A stretch of 60,094 nucleotides of DNA, the filler included, from Hausera hauseri (taxonomy: Eukaryota), in assembly GCA_046269625.1 (NCBI GenBank). It is 11 parts of 11 records of this genome, joined end to end, with 100 filler letters (N's around TTAATTAATTAA, not from the genome) between each part and the next. Parts side by side here need not be neighbours in the genome. Positions count along the whole stretch, not along the records: positions 17,112 to 26,282 come from JBJURY010444357.1; positions 26,383 to 32,554 come from JBJURY010130539.1; positions 32,655 to 37,158 come from JBJURY010550562.1; positions 37,259 to 41,609 come from JBJURY010622110.1; 7 more parts are not named here. One strand, 5' to 3'. Below, in pieces: positions 24,400-37,799 of the stretch. Position numbers and translations under genes: made by a program. Position 1 is the first letter of the stretch, and every line of letters begins with the position of its first letter. Under the pieces are notes generated by a model. The model was not told where the DNA came from. It searched no databases and was given only the letters and a program-made list of their open reading frames with translations.

Positions 24400-26282
24400 C
24401 TTGTTGGGCACAAATACCAACAACAAAGTGTATTACAACAAATAGTAGACTACTTTCATATCAATAATTTTGTCCTAGCACCTGACTTCGATACAGAAGA
24501 AATTTGACAATACATGATATAAGTTCTTCTTCACAGTTTTAATAGAAACAAGGATCAACCAAAAGTAATAAAAGTAGTTGATGAAGAAATAATTAGCTTG
24601 ACACAAGCAAATACCATGGAAATTTATCATTGATCAGTACAGCTACATTACGCGAGAATAGATATGCTTGCTGAGAAATACGAAATAAAATCCAAAGAGG
24701 TAATTTATACCAGATGGATCAATAGAATCAAGACTTACTTAGGATTAACCCGAGTAGACTTAATACAAAACGAGAGAGGTTATTTATTAGACTATTATAT
24801 AGACTCGCCAGCTGAAGAAATTCCAGTGACTACAATGCCATATCTGCAATATCTTACGAAAATGCATAAACAAATCACCGATGTAAACCAACACTTAAAG
24901 AACAAGAGGAATAAATTTATATTTCCCGTCAGAGATAAGAAATCTTTGGTAAACATGGATAATAATGAGTAAACTAAGCCAACTCATCTCAAATTATACA
25001 TCAGAAGGAGAATCTGTTACAAACGACAACCCTAATGGGACAACAAAATCAAATTCCATAACAAAAAGAGAGTCAATTGCGAATGAAAATTCTACTGAAC
25101 AACATGATTCAAACTCCATACCAAAAGAGAAGTCCATTACAAACGAAAACTCTACTGAACTGGACAACCAGCAGAATACTAAAAGTGTTTCAATAAACTA
25201 TCAAGACATGAAGCCAAAACTTAGTCAAGCGCTATTATTTTCATGTATTTTAGCACTATATATGACAAACGCATTGGCACAATCTACAATAAAATCCCCA
25301 GAAACTGCAAGACAATCAGCAATCGATCATATTAGACAGCCACCTCCACAAATGAATTACCCAAAGAATCAAATGGATCCAATATGGTCAAGAAATGCCT
25401 TATCAATAAAAACTAATAAGTATATTCCAATGAACCATGAGAAAGCTCTACTAATAATTATTAAAATTTTTACATTCATAATGGAAAAAACATTATGCAA
25501 GAATAAATTTCGATGTATATTACCAATGTATATACCAGGTTTATTGGCACAAATAACCCAACACATCAATTAAAGTTAAATCTAATCTCAACTATTTCTA
25601 ATCAACAAAGGCCATACACCATATTTCGAGATTATGCGAAATTACCAGAAAATACCAGATTCGAATTAAAAGATAAGCAACGATTCATATTTAAGGACTT
25701 CTCCATCCGTTATAACCCCAAGAAGAAATGTTTGATAATAAAATATGTTAAAAACCGTCAGGAAAGGAAAAAGAAGCAGCGACATTGTTTGAATTATATA
25801 GACCCATATGTGTCGCACATTCAGAATTACTGGAAAACAAATGTCGTCGTGTTTCCCAAGGGCACACCTATTCCTTAATATTCCAAGTCTCTGAACTCAT
25901 AAGTAGATTGAGTTATAATATTACCATGCGACGAACTCTCCTCGCCACGATACCCGCGAAAATAACAACAATTAAATCAATAGAAAAAAGATCCGAAATG
26001 AAAAACTCAACTAAGGAAATCAATAGTAATTAATCCGACATTTCATGCCGCTCAATACATGAATACAATAAGTTAATAAGCGCAGATGTAGATAATTCCA
26101 TAGGACTTATAGGGATAACACCTCGAATAAAAAATATTTTTTATATCATAACCTGCACGGCAAAACTAACGAGCGAAGAAGATTTTAATATAGAATATTC
26201 CAACCTACAACCATCAAGAATCTAGATACCAGATAACGATCGACAAATACTACTGACTTTACAACTACCATCTACATGTCCC
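24400..26282 (+). other. Unassigned degenerate A-rich coding-like region with an internal signal-peptide-like segment
   Basis: Several same-strand ORF pieces. A 20-aa repeat occurs about three times (ES..NENSTE..SNSI). MKPKLSQALLFSCILALYMTNALA starts at 25208. No family recognised. Confidence 0.35.
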
Positions 26283-26382
26283 NNNNNNNNNNNNNNNNNN
26301 NNNNNNNNNNNNNNNNNNNNNNNNNNTTAATTAATTAANNNNNNNNNNNNNNNNNNNNNNNNNNNNNNNNNNNNNNNNNNNN

Positions 26383-26547
26383 AATGGTCAGTTCACATAG
26401 CGGAGAAACAGCAACAGCGGCAGCAGCAGCGGCAGTTTTGCCACTAAAGGAGCTAAAGGCTATCTAACATTGAAGTTGAAAGGATACAAGGATCTGCATG
26501 GCGTTAAATCACCAAAATGGAAGCTGGAAAAGTTTACGCTGATTTGA
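26383..26547 (+). CDS. ORF X copy 2, C-terminal fragment (frameshifted)
   Basis: GAKGYLTLKLKGYKDLHGVKSPKWKLEKFTLI* is nearly identical to the C-terminus of 59601-60077. Confidence 0.8.
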
Positions 26548-26798
26548 CTTACTTTGTTTTTGGTTTCAGTTTATGATTAATAAATTTTATTGATTTTGTT
26601 TTTCATATTGTTTCTCGTCACATTTAGTTAAATATATAAATATATAGAGATAAATTAATGATAATAAAACAAAAATCAAAAACAATGAACAATATACATT
26701 CTTCATGCAAAACACAGATTACAATGAATTGTCACACTAAATAGGTCACTTTGACCTGTCTGTATTATCAGCATTGAATTCATGCGTGTGTGCGTGTT

Positions 26799-29440
26799 TT
26801 ATTCCAAACGACAGTGTACGTACTCCCAACTCTTATTCCGCCCCACACACTTACGCTTATCATCATTGCATGATAAAAGGACTTTTGTACTGCTCACCTT
26901 ATACAGCTGGTGCTCAATCGATCGGATGATCGTTTAAGACAAAACAGCCTTTGTTTATCCTCCGTTTTCTCCATCACAAATATGGCGATAATCACCGTGG
27001 TTTATTTCCGTTGGGCCAACTGAACTCCTTTGGCGCGCATTTTCGGCCCACCATCAGTTAAAAGAGTAAAACATTTTGGCCGTAGAAATACCCATTCCCC
27101 ATACTAAACCCCCATTTTTACTTTCATCCTTGAAGCCGTTGATTTTGTTTGTGATGGCATAGCTGTACAATGGATGATACTGTGGGTAATTGGACGTGTT
27201 CAGTAATCCGTCTGCCATCATTCGCCACAGTAGTTGATCGCGACTGACGTTTTCCAGTTCCATGAAAAAATTGTCTATCTCAGCAGCAATTATATTGATC
27301 CTGTGCCGCCGCCAAACATTTGCCGGTAACGTGCCAAATCGCAATACTGCAGCTCATAAATTCGCAACTTTCTCAGATTCAATACCACTTGCCCTATATA
27401 ACTTGGCTGCTCCATTACGACTTCTTCCCTGTTTAAAAGCACGGCAACCAATCCATCGGTAATATGCATTGATCGTCTGAACTGCGCCTTGCTCGTGTAC
27501 GTGACTAACCGCTTTTCGCTATTGCGCAGGCGTACATTGAGCCGCTTTTTTAGATTCTCTACTGTTTTTCCGTAGAGAGAATTATTTTTCAGTTTATAAT
27601 AGTCTTTTTCAAACTTCGTACAAGCCGCATCTCGTTTTTCCGAAATTCGATTGATACACGCCTTGAATATCGGCGCCTGTGCGTATCGGATTGCACGATG
27701 CAGCTGTGAGACGCCTACACCAAGCTGCATGTAAAAATGCAACAGACGCCCATGAACTATGTAATTTTGTTTAGGTTCATGCGTCAAAATCAGCTTCTTC
27801 ACCTTTGAGACTGGCGGACATTGGCTGATTGGTGCGACCGGCAGTTCATCCAGAAAGTCATGCAGTTTATCTGGTACAACGAGATCGAATTCCATCAGGT
27901 ATCCGATTGAGATGTTTTCTGTTGTGTCTGCTCTCGGCAGATTTTCCAGTATTGTGTCCAGGTCGTGTTTGTCAACTACCCAGCCATACAGGTTATTAAG
28001 GTCGATATACAACAGTGATGTGGTATCATCACTGGTTACATGATGCTTGTTGACAAATGTCATGCCTCAGCGAATACCAACATAAAAACATTCGGTACAT
28101 TTCCGGGTCTTGCAGTAGCTGGATATCCAGATCCAGTAACATCAGAGCTTATGCCCAACTCATTTCGGATACTGAGTAAAAGTTGAGTGGCTCCAGCCTA
28201 TCTTCTGCCAACGCTTTAGCTCGAAATGTCTGAAATACATAGGCTACAGGTACACATCCTATTTCAGATATTAAAGTATGTACTCCAACAGGTTTCTGCA
28301 GCCGAGCTCTGTCTAAAACGACTGTGCTTTGTGATATTCTTCTTCTGTGATACCGGGCCATGGCGGTGGTAGTTCGTCTGTCGTTTGGAGCTGCTCGTAC
28401 GATATCGCAAAGTCATACGAGAATATGCCTTTGCTACTTGTAATGTGTACAGAGAACTGAGTCAATGTTAGTGGCACATTTGGCAAGGCATTTTCCAGCT
28501 TTGTCAATGATAAATCAAAGAATCATACCTGGACCGGTTTATACAAACAGACAGTGACAGGTATTTCTTAATTGTAGTCGAAATTACGGATAATTCCCAG
28601 TGCGGAAATCTGCTTATTGCCAATTCCAAAATATGGTGACAACCATAACTTCTGAAGTTATGAAATACCACTGGTAGGAATGGTTGCACACGCCTTGCCA
28701 AATTGCGTGAATTCCATGCTGCTCCCAAGTATTGACCGGTAAAATGATCGTGATCTGGTACGAGCCGTTCCTGTGCATTGTATGGTAATATTTTGTGGCA
28801 CAGGTAAAAATCACCGGTGTTTGCAAACATCAACAGTTCATATTCATCTGTTCACATCAAGGATTTATTACTATTATTACTGTACCAGGGTGCAACTTCC
28901 GTTCCTACTATTGTTTCCAATTTATGCGGGAAATCACGAATACAGTTCCAGCCGTGGAAAACGTAATACTGAGGTTGAACAGTTGCTTTTATTTGGACAA
29001 CCAACATACCGACAGCGGTTGGAACATGTTTTTGGTCACATATGTTGTGCCGTGGTAAAAAAGCTTCAATATCGGCATATGCTACGTATGCCGGGCTGTC
29101 TGTTTTGATCACTTAGTGAACCTGAGCTCCTTTCTGACGGACATGACATACATTATGGTTCCTACCGAATTTTGACTTCACAGAGTCTCATGTTTCTCCA
29201 ATGTTGTTTCTGATCTGAATCCATGCAGACATACAGGACACCATTTACACTGTATCCATTTTTTGAAGAAGTGGTCACGTTCCATGTTCAGCAGTCTGCC
29301 CTGATTTGTCACTGCAACGTAATGATACTTTTCCTTTTGCTCTAATAGCAACAAATTTATTGGGCGGACATTTTGGTTCCGACTACGATAGATTATATCC
29401 ACATGAGGATTCTTATAGATTTCTTCATCTATTGGTGTGG
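26799..29440 (-). mobile_element. Degenerate pPolB family A, copy 2 (5' truncated)
   Basis: HYVAV, YADIEA, DHDHFTGQYLGAA, FHNFRSYG, LYIDLNNLYG, KLKNNSLYGKT, PSYIGQVVL. Closely collinear with 5900-8503. Confidence 0.92.
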
Positions 29441-32400
29441 CTTAAGGCAAATAATATCCACCGATCAAGAATGATTGACGAAATAGAATGACAAAGGACT
29501 GTAAAACAAAAAAATCACATTCAAAATGGTCAATAGTGAATTAAAATTCAAAACGGTGAAAACTCAAGTTTTATTTCATATTAAAACAAAATTTCTTTCT
29601 TATCACATAGATTACATCATTGTAAAATTCACGGTTTCATTAATTGAACAAGAGATTCGCAGATCAAATCATGAAAAACCATTGTAAAATTTAACGATAC
29701 TCGACCAAGAGAGGTGTACATAAAAAATTTGGAAATCAAATTGAAGCATGAAACAAGTGCAAAGTTGCAAAGAATGTCAATGTTTGATAAAGTCTGTTGA
29801 AATAAATGCACAAAATTGTATTACGAAATTACGGACAATAAACATCGACCAAAGTGATATCATACAAAGTAGAAAATGTTTCCAATTAAATAAAAACTGT
29901 CAAACGACACGAAACATATCGAGAGATTATAATGTAAAAGTTTCTGATTACGCTTGGTGACCTGGGAATCTGCAGAATGTTCGAATATACAGTCTTTGAT
30001 TGACAATGATCTGATTTAATAAAGACTAAATTTGACCAAGCTGGATGGAAAATCAGAATACATTAACCGTACCAACTAGAAATTGCAACAGTGATTTCTG
30101 GACTGAGTTTGAAACAATGTTATCGGCAAAATGAATACTATGAGCCTGACGATCAAGTTGATTTTACAGGCGTATCTAAAAAATTGATTTTTCTATGATG
30201 CTTCAGAAACTGTCTGCAATATGGTGAAATTTTTCAAAATGGAATTCATCATTGAACATTCCTTCAATGAGCTGAGTTTCGTCATGAATTTTCCGGTGCA
30301 GTCACACATTGCAACGTTTTCAAATCGGCAAACAAATAGACCATTTTCGTTATGAACTTTGACTCTTCCGATGTAGCTTTGGTTTTTGGAGTAAAAAGAT
30401 GTTCCCTTGGTCTATGAAGTGGTTCGAATGCAATTCCATGCCTTAGTCGTACTACGCGTTTTTGTCGAAGTCGATGTCGCATAACGCGTATAGAATTTTA
30501 TTAAAGATTTTCGATATTTTTCTGAATTACATTTGATCCGATCAGAGAGGGGATTTTTTGGGAAATTGTGAAGAATAAAACATTTTTTGTTAACCTTTGT
30601 CAGTGGACATTTGTTTACATACAGATTAGAAGAACCGAAAGGTAATCGAGCAAATATCAAGGCGTTTCCATTCGTCTCTTCAATATATTGATAAGCTTCT
30701 GAGTTAAAAGGGTAGTTTGGGTATTTAACTCCCAAACTTATACTACTAAACTAACTTTAGGAGAAGTCTTGAGTTTTTATTTCCTCAAGACAAAGAATAT
30801 TGTATTCAATCTTAAAAGCAGCCTGTGGGGTCTGCTTGATTTTATTTAACTTTATTGTGGGTTCGGTCAGGAAGTACACTGGCCAAACTAACCTTTACTT
30901 TTATCGATTTAAACGAATTCCTGATGGTTACGTATTAGGTAAGAAAAATTATAATTTTGGGTTATAGACCTCTTAAATAAAGTGATACATTTATATCAAA
31001 AATAAATATAAAAAGAATTTTATCAATAAGGTTTAATGATATTTATAATACAATTTACAATATACAGAAAACTTACAGCAATCTATCATACTTGAAGACA
31101 TTCAAAAATTGTGGGTCTTTCATATGAATTTGATAGAGTATATATATAGTTCCAAAATCATTAAAAATTCCAAATAAATCATGCAAAATTAAAGAAAATT
31201 CCCGAATAAATCGTGACAAATTATGGAAAATTACTATAAAATTGTACACGAAATAATGATAAAATTTAGAATGCCACAATAAAATCAAATAATTAAAGTT
31301 CACATTATTATTAATAGTCACACAATTCCGTGATCAATAATCATCACAATTGAAAGTCACAAAATTTCAAGTTGATCATTACAATTGAAAGTTACAAAGT
31401 TTCAAGTTTCGACAGTACGGTTACTTTATTAGGTAACAAAGAAATTCTAAACAGTTATCATATCCAAATTTTACCGATCGGCACAAAGTTGCATTTCAAT
31501 AATCGAATATTCAGAATCTGATGCTCAAATACACCGAAGATGGACTAGTTAAATACAGTACATATTTATTACAATGGAGTCGCGAGGGGGTTGTATTAGA
31601 ATAATCTGATTCATCCAACACTTCATTTCAGCCTTCAACTTTTTGTTTAAATAATGAATTTTTTGGCGAAGAAAAAAGAAACTCTTTCACTTTCACTTTC
31701 ACTGACATCTTGTTTCGATTTTGATTAACTGTAGAAAATCATCAAATTATTTTTTTCATTCTGAACCTTTTCCGATAAATTTTAATTAATCCAGATTTTT
31801 CTTGTAAATCCATTTTTTCAGAGTTTTGCGATGAATTACATGATGTCCAGAAAATCCCCCATTTACTTCTGTACCGTTAAATCTTGTACGGTAATTAATT
31901 AAGTTCCATTTCAAAGGTCAATTAGCTACAATGAAGAAATTTATAATTTTGGTAATTGTAGATAGGAGTAATGATGTTTAGACAAAAAGATTCGTCGAGA
32001 TTGACTCCTGAATATAGACGTTGAGATGGATAGACTTTTATTGAATTTACAACTATGCTTCGTTGAATGACTTGCGCAAATCTATTACGTAGCACATTTT
32101 ATAATAAGTAGAAGTTCTCGTGGAACTCCATTTCTAAATATACAAAAAGTTTAGAAAATGTTTTCACATTTTTGGGGGCAATATTTCAATACTGTAATAA
32201 GGGAACTCTCATTGTAGTGACCAATATGCAATTGTGAAATTATTCATGTAGATAGATAATGTCATGAGAATTTCATAACTAATTTCAGGAACTTGACAGA
32301 AGTATTTAAAGGATTCTGTCAGACATGAAAAGTAATTCAAAATTTTCTTAACTTTTATATGTATATAGTTAAATTATGATATGTACACATAGACAACATT

Positions 32401-32654
32401 AAAATATCAATATCACATTCAATTGGTGGGAAATATAATTTTCACAAAATGTCTAACAAAATATCCATGGAAATGATATTTATTATTCCAATACTTACTA
32501 AATATGTGCATTCCTATTACTCTATATCATATAGTACTTTAAAATAGTGAATCCNNNNNNNNNNNNNNNNNNNNNNNNNNNNNNNNNNNNNNNNNNNNTT
32601 AATTAATTAANNNNNNNNNNNNNNNNNNNNNNNNNNNNNNNNNNNNNNNNNNNN

Positions 32655-35600
32655 ATACGCAATTGTTCAATGCTGTATTCAAACTAACAGAACCACCAAT
32701 TGATTCGATAATACAACGATTCTTTAATGAAACTGCAATGAGGACACAAAAACCTAGTGATTTCTTATACACCTCGTTGGCTCACTTACGCACTCTGGGT
32801 GTGACCAAAGAACACAATCCGGATCTACTGCGCCAATATTTTCTTAATGCTTTACCCATTTAAATTAGGGCTTTACTTACTGTTGTTGAGGATTCTACAG
32901 CTTTAGATAAACTAGCTGAATTAGCCGATAAAGCACATGAAGTTTTACAAATACAATCACAGCCCATCATATCAGCCGCAATCACAACCGACGACAATGA
33001 ACGACATTCATCTATTGAACACCAATTGAACCAATTACTCACCGAAAATGCGGAACTACTACATACAATCAATAACATTAATGATAAGCTGAACGAACTT
33101 TCCTCACATCGACGAAATGCTTCTGCTCCTCACCTTAGCATTCTGTCTCAAGAAATCGAACACCATCACCCGCGCGGCCATTTATATGTTATTATCATAA
33201 AAAATTTAATAACAAAGCAAATAAATGCTGTTTAGGGTGTAGATATTATTCCTTCCATCTACACTCAGATAAAATTGCTTGAATCTATCATGCAAAATTT
33301 GGATCTAATGCTTGGAATTGTATTTCAGGCTGTAACTATAAAAATAACAATAACTATGCCACTGATAGACGCTCCATTTTCTCTAACAATAACATTCCTA
33401 ACTCACCAATCCAAAAAAAAAACTGATTTTGCCGCCAGCATTCATGGCAGAATCTGGCAAAGGCGACTTACCTAATTCTTCTTGCCGACACACTTCTTTT
33501 GCAGTCTTTACACTAAAAGCTGCCATTTCTGCTCTTAACATTCAATCCATAAACTTTCTCATCGATACCGGTGCAGTGACCTCATAACTACCACTTACTT
33601 TTCCGGTTCAGCATTCTTCACTTAAAACAAAACCGTTATACACCGCCTCCGGTCAACTGCTTCATATTTGCGGAACATTCAAATTATCTTTCACTCTCAC
33701 AAAATTTTCTACACCATTTCATTAGACGTTTACAGTCACTAACGTCCAGACGGCAATACTTGGCTCCGATTTCCTGTCGCACTATAACTGGCTAGTCGAT
33801 TGTAACCAACGATGCATGAAATCAAATATACTCGAAGACTGTAGTTCAGGAATAGGCAGCACCCAGACAACAGCACAACGAACGGTAAGTAGGCAATCAA
33901 TCTTAAAACACTTAATATCTCTAACCTAATTCTCTTAACTATTACGCTTTACCTCGTAAGCTTTCAAAGGATAATGTCGATAGTCAATCAGAGCTCAATG
34001 TCGACATTCACGATCTTGTATCTTCAGTAAATCACTAAACAACACCACTTACTCAAATAAGGTCTTGGACAAGACCATTCTACATCAAATTCCACTCGAT
34101 TTTCCATCAACAATTAACCAACATTCACCAAGTACTGCTAGCAACATCGGTTCATCGTCACTTCCAATATTCCAGCAACTACCCGTAAGTTTGCAACAAT
34201 TCATCAATGCCTCGTGCCCTCGTATACTTCAGAAAGATCGGAATTTCACCCCTGTAAATGGCATTTACCACCATATAATTAAACGTCACCAAAGACCAAT
34301 TTAACAAAAAGTCTGTCCATTGTCACCGCGTCGTAGGCAGGCAGTAGAGACGGAATTTTTTGAACTCGAACAATTAGGTATTGTCCGTAGATCTAAATCC
34401 CCATAGTCTTCGCCTCTCCACGTTGTCCAAAAAAGATGGATTTTTCCGACCATGCTGCGATTACCGCCAGTTTAATACTTTAACAATAATGGATGCATAC
34501 CTACTACCATTAATCAGAGACATATTATATCGGCTTAATTCTACTACAGTTTATTCAACAATTGATTTAGCCAAAGCATACCACTAAATTCCTGTCGCAC
34601 CGGAAGACATCGAGAAAACTGCAGTTACCACACCTTTCAATCTCTATGAGCACTTGTACATACCTTTCGGTCTCCGGAATGCTGCGCAGACTTTTCTGCG
34701 ACACGTCGATTCAATCCTTTCAGACTTCCCTTTTGCACACCCATATATTGACGATATCTTGGTTGCTTCTTCTTCTATTAAACAACATGAGGAACACCTA
34801 CTATCTATCTTCAAACGACTTAATCAGTTCAACCTACACATCAATTTTGCAAAATGTAACTTCTTCCAAAAACGCGTTAATTTTGTTATACATATTATCT
34901 CATCAAACTGCCATTCACCCCAGTATGATCGAGTTGAGACTCTTAAAAACGTCCAACTACCTAGGACAACCACAGAAATGTGCAGTTTTCTTGGTACCTT
35001 GCATTTTGTCCACAAATATATCCCATATTGTTCGGAACTCACGGCACATTTTGCACACTTAAGCGGAGGACAAAAACACCAGATAATCCAGTGGACACCA
35101 CAAATGGTTAACAGGTTTGATAGGCTACGCGAAGGACTAAAGACTGTTGAAATACTAGCATTTCCTAAGCCTGATACTGAGCCAATTCTGACCACAAATG
35201 CATCAAACATCGCAGTAGGCGCCGTACTACATCAGTTGTATAAAAGCGAAAATTAGCCCATAGAATTCTTTCCCCGAAAATGAACGCCGCCAGAAACTAG
35301 ATATTCAACTTTCGGTCGGGAACTGCTAGCAATAGTTCCCCACTTACTTACAGCTCGTCATTTTGTTATACGGACTGATCACAAACCGCTGATTAATATA
35401 ATGGCAATAAAACATCCTTCAACTCGACAAGAATGACAAATTTCATATTTATCCACATTTAACTTCGACAATAAACACATTGACGGTTTTGACAATCTAG
35501 TTGCCGATTTTTTATCTCGATCAGTCGGTTCAATCAATTTTTCACCAATTTTTACCCAGACAAAACTTTAAGAAAATCAGCCATCTCAAAATATTCTCAA

Positions 35601-37158
35601 ATTGTTCACGTCGCACCACATCGTTGATGGCGTGGCCTTACATACTTCCAAACCAAGACATTCCAAAATAATTCTTGCCCCATCTTTACACAAAAAGCAT
35701 TTGATAATGGTGCCAAGGCAACTTTCCGCTTACTTCAACATCAGGTAGTTTGGCCGTCAATGCGCTCCTATGTGCAAGCATGGGTTAAAGAGTGCGTGGC
35801 TCGTCAGAAATATAAAACCGTAAAACATTTAAAACCACCATTATACCACTTCTCCCGAAAATTACGTTTTGAAACAGTACATATTGATATCGTCGGTCCT
35901 CTTCCAATAGACAACGGCCACCAATTTATTCTGACCATTACTGACCGTTTCTCACGATGGCCAGAAGCCAACCCACTGCGGAGTACAAACACTGACACAA
36001 TAGCCGATACTTTCATTTGTACGTGGATTAGTAGGTTCGGCTCTCCGCGTTACATCATGTCGGATCAAGGCTCTCAATTTAAATCAAACCTGTTTAAATT
36101 CCTGGTCAACCGATTGGGGATAAGCCACATTCATACAACACCTTATCATCCCCAATCGAATGGCCTTCTCTAACGTTTCCACCGAACATTGGAAACATCA
36201 ATTAGAATTCTTGCAGAGTCCAACACCAATTGGTCTACTCTTTTTTCGTTCATTCTGCTTGGCTGGCAGAACACTCCGTCTAGGATGCTCACCAACGGAT
36301 GCTTTATTCGGAATCCCTGTACGGTCACTGTTTGAACTAACCGCTATAGAAGAGACTTCTATTTTCGAGAGGATACGAGCAGCACAGGATCACTTCGTTA
36401 CAATCAGCAAGGATTCGTTTCTCAGGCTCTTACATAATGACAAATCTTACATACCCGAATACTTATACTCGGTAAAGTTTGTATGTTAAAAAATCAGACA
36501 CCGTGCGGTTTTCAGCCACAGTACTTAAGACCTTATAAATTAGTGCAGCTGCATTCGCACAACGCTATTATCCTCAAAGGCGGAAAAAATTGTAGTGCAT
36601 ATTACTAATCTAAAACCTGTCTTTTACGTCAAAGATACTTCACCAATCGAAACATCAACCTCATTCCTCACCCCTTTACCTAACTCTACCCCAACTTCAA
36701 TTTTCCAGTCCACCACACATCATTCCGCTTTCCCCGTTTCTATGCATACATCGTCACCTCTCAATGCCATTCCTGCTCCCATTTCTGAATTTTTCTCTCC
36801 TAATTTTATCACTACTTTTGCTTCACAACATATTCCTATACTTTCGCCTATTTCTACTTCTCCACTCAACTTATCACCTTCCAAAACTATCGCAGAAAAC
36901 TGGAATAATTTACCTACAATCATCTGTTCTCCATCTTCTATATTACCTTCCCCAGAAACAACACCCAATCATACTAAAAATAATGTTTCTTTTGCCAAAC
37001 CCTACCAGCAGTCAGACACTATAGTGAAGGTACATCGCAAATCAGTCCCATTCAGTACCTATAGCAAACAACTAAATAACGAAAAATTACAACGTCTTTT
37101 ACGCACAAGAACTTATTGGACAAATTATACTGTTCGTTCTCGGGATTTTTTGTCAATC
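32655..37158 (+). mobile_element. Degenerate Ty3/Gypsy LTR retrotransposon internal region (gag-PR-RT-RH-IN), CsRn1-like CHCC Gag
   Basis: Gag CYYHKKFNNKANKCCLGC; protease FLIDTGA (~33556); RT FRPCCDYR, IDLAKAYH, PFGLRNAAQTF, YIDD; RNase H TNASNIAVGAVL, RYSTFGRELLAI, TDHKPL; integrase VHIDIVGP, SDQGSQF, YHPQSNG. Confidence 0.95.
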
Positions 37159-37258
37159 NNNNNNNNNNNNNNNNNNNNNNNNNNNNNNNNNNNNNNNNNN
37201 NNTTAATTAATTAANNNNNNNNNNNNNNNNNNNNNNNNNNNNNNNNNNNNNNNNNNNN

Positions 37259-37799
37259 CCTTCAATATTGGGAGCCTTATGCCGGTAGAGCGCAGCATCG
37301 CCGCCCAGCTCATTCCTGGAGCTGTAAAGAAATTGGCTAGATTCAAAGCATGGCTCTTTATTGTGATATCCCGGAAGCTCCTGAAAACATCTGTAAGCAG
37401 CAGCACATTTATGAGGAAATAGATATCACTGTATTCCCCTATTGTCCTGCACTGGAAGGTTTGTCATACTCTTTGGGCATGCTTATAGTCATCATCGCTA
37501 ATATGACTGGATGACAACTGACTATAAAATTCCTTCTTGTTCGGTAATGCTTTTTCATTCTGTGTTTCCCATGGCGTTATATAGTCATAAGGGAACACGC
37601 CTTTCCTCTTGACGAGATCAAATGCAGTGGGGAAGAACCGCTTCGTCTCCTTGAGTTCTTCTGCAGGGAAGTTCTTCACTAAACTATCCAATGACTAGCT
37701 CATGACGTGGAAGCTGTCTATGAATCAAAGTCTAATGCGGCCCACATGCTTAGTGAAGGTGATATATTTTTCCTCACTGTTTGGAATGACATCAATGTT
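37259..37799 (-). mobile_element. pPolB family B, downstream part of the copy interrupted at 37800-39757
   Basis: NIDVIPNSEEKY, KRKGVFPYDY, LLLTDVF, FFTAPGMSW. Continues the reading of the 39758 segment. Confidence 0.9.

Noticed and set aside
29450-32554. Possible host exons (e.g. 30412-30735)
   Set aside because: No recognisable domain or consistent splice model.
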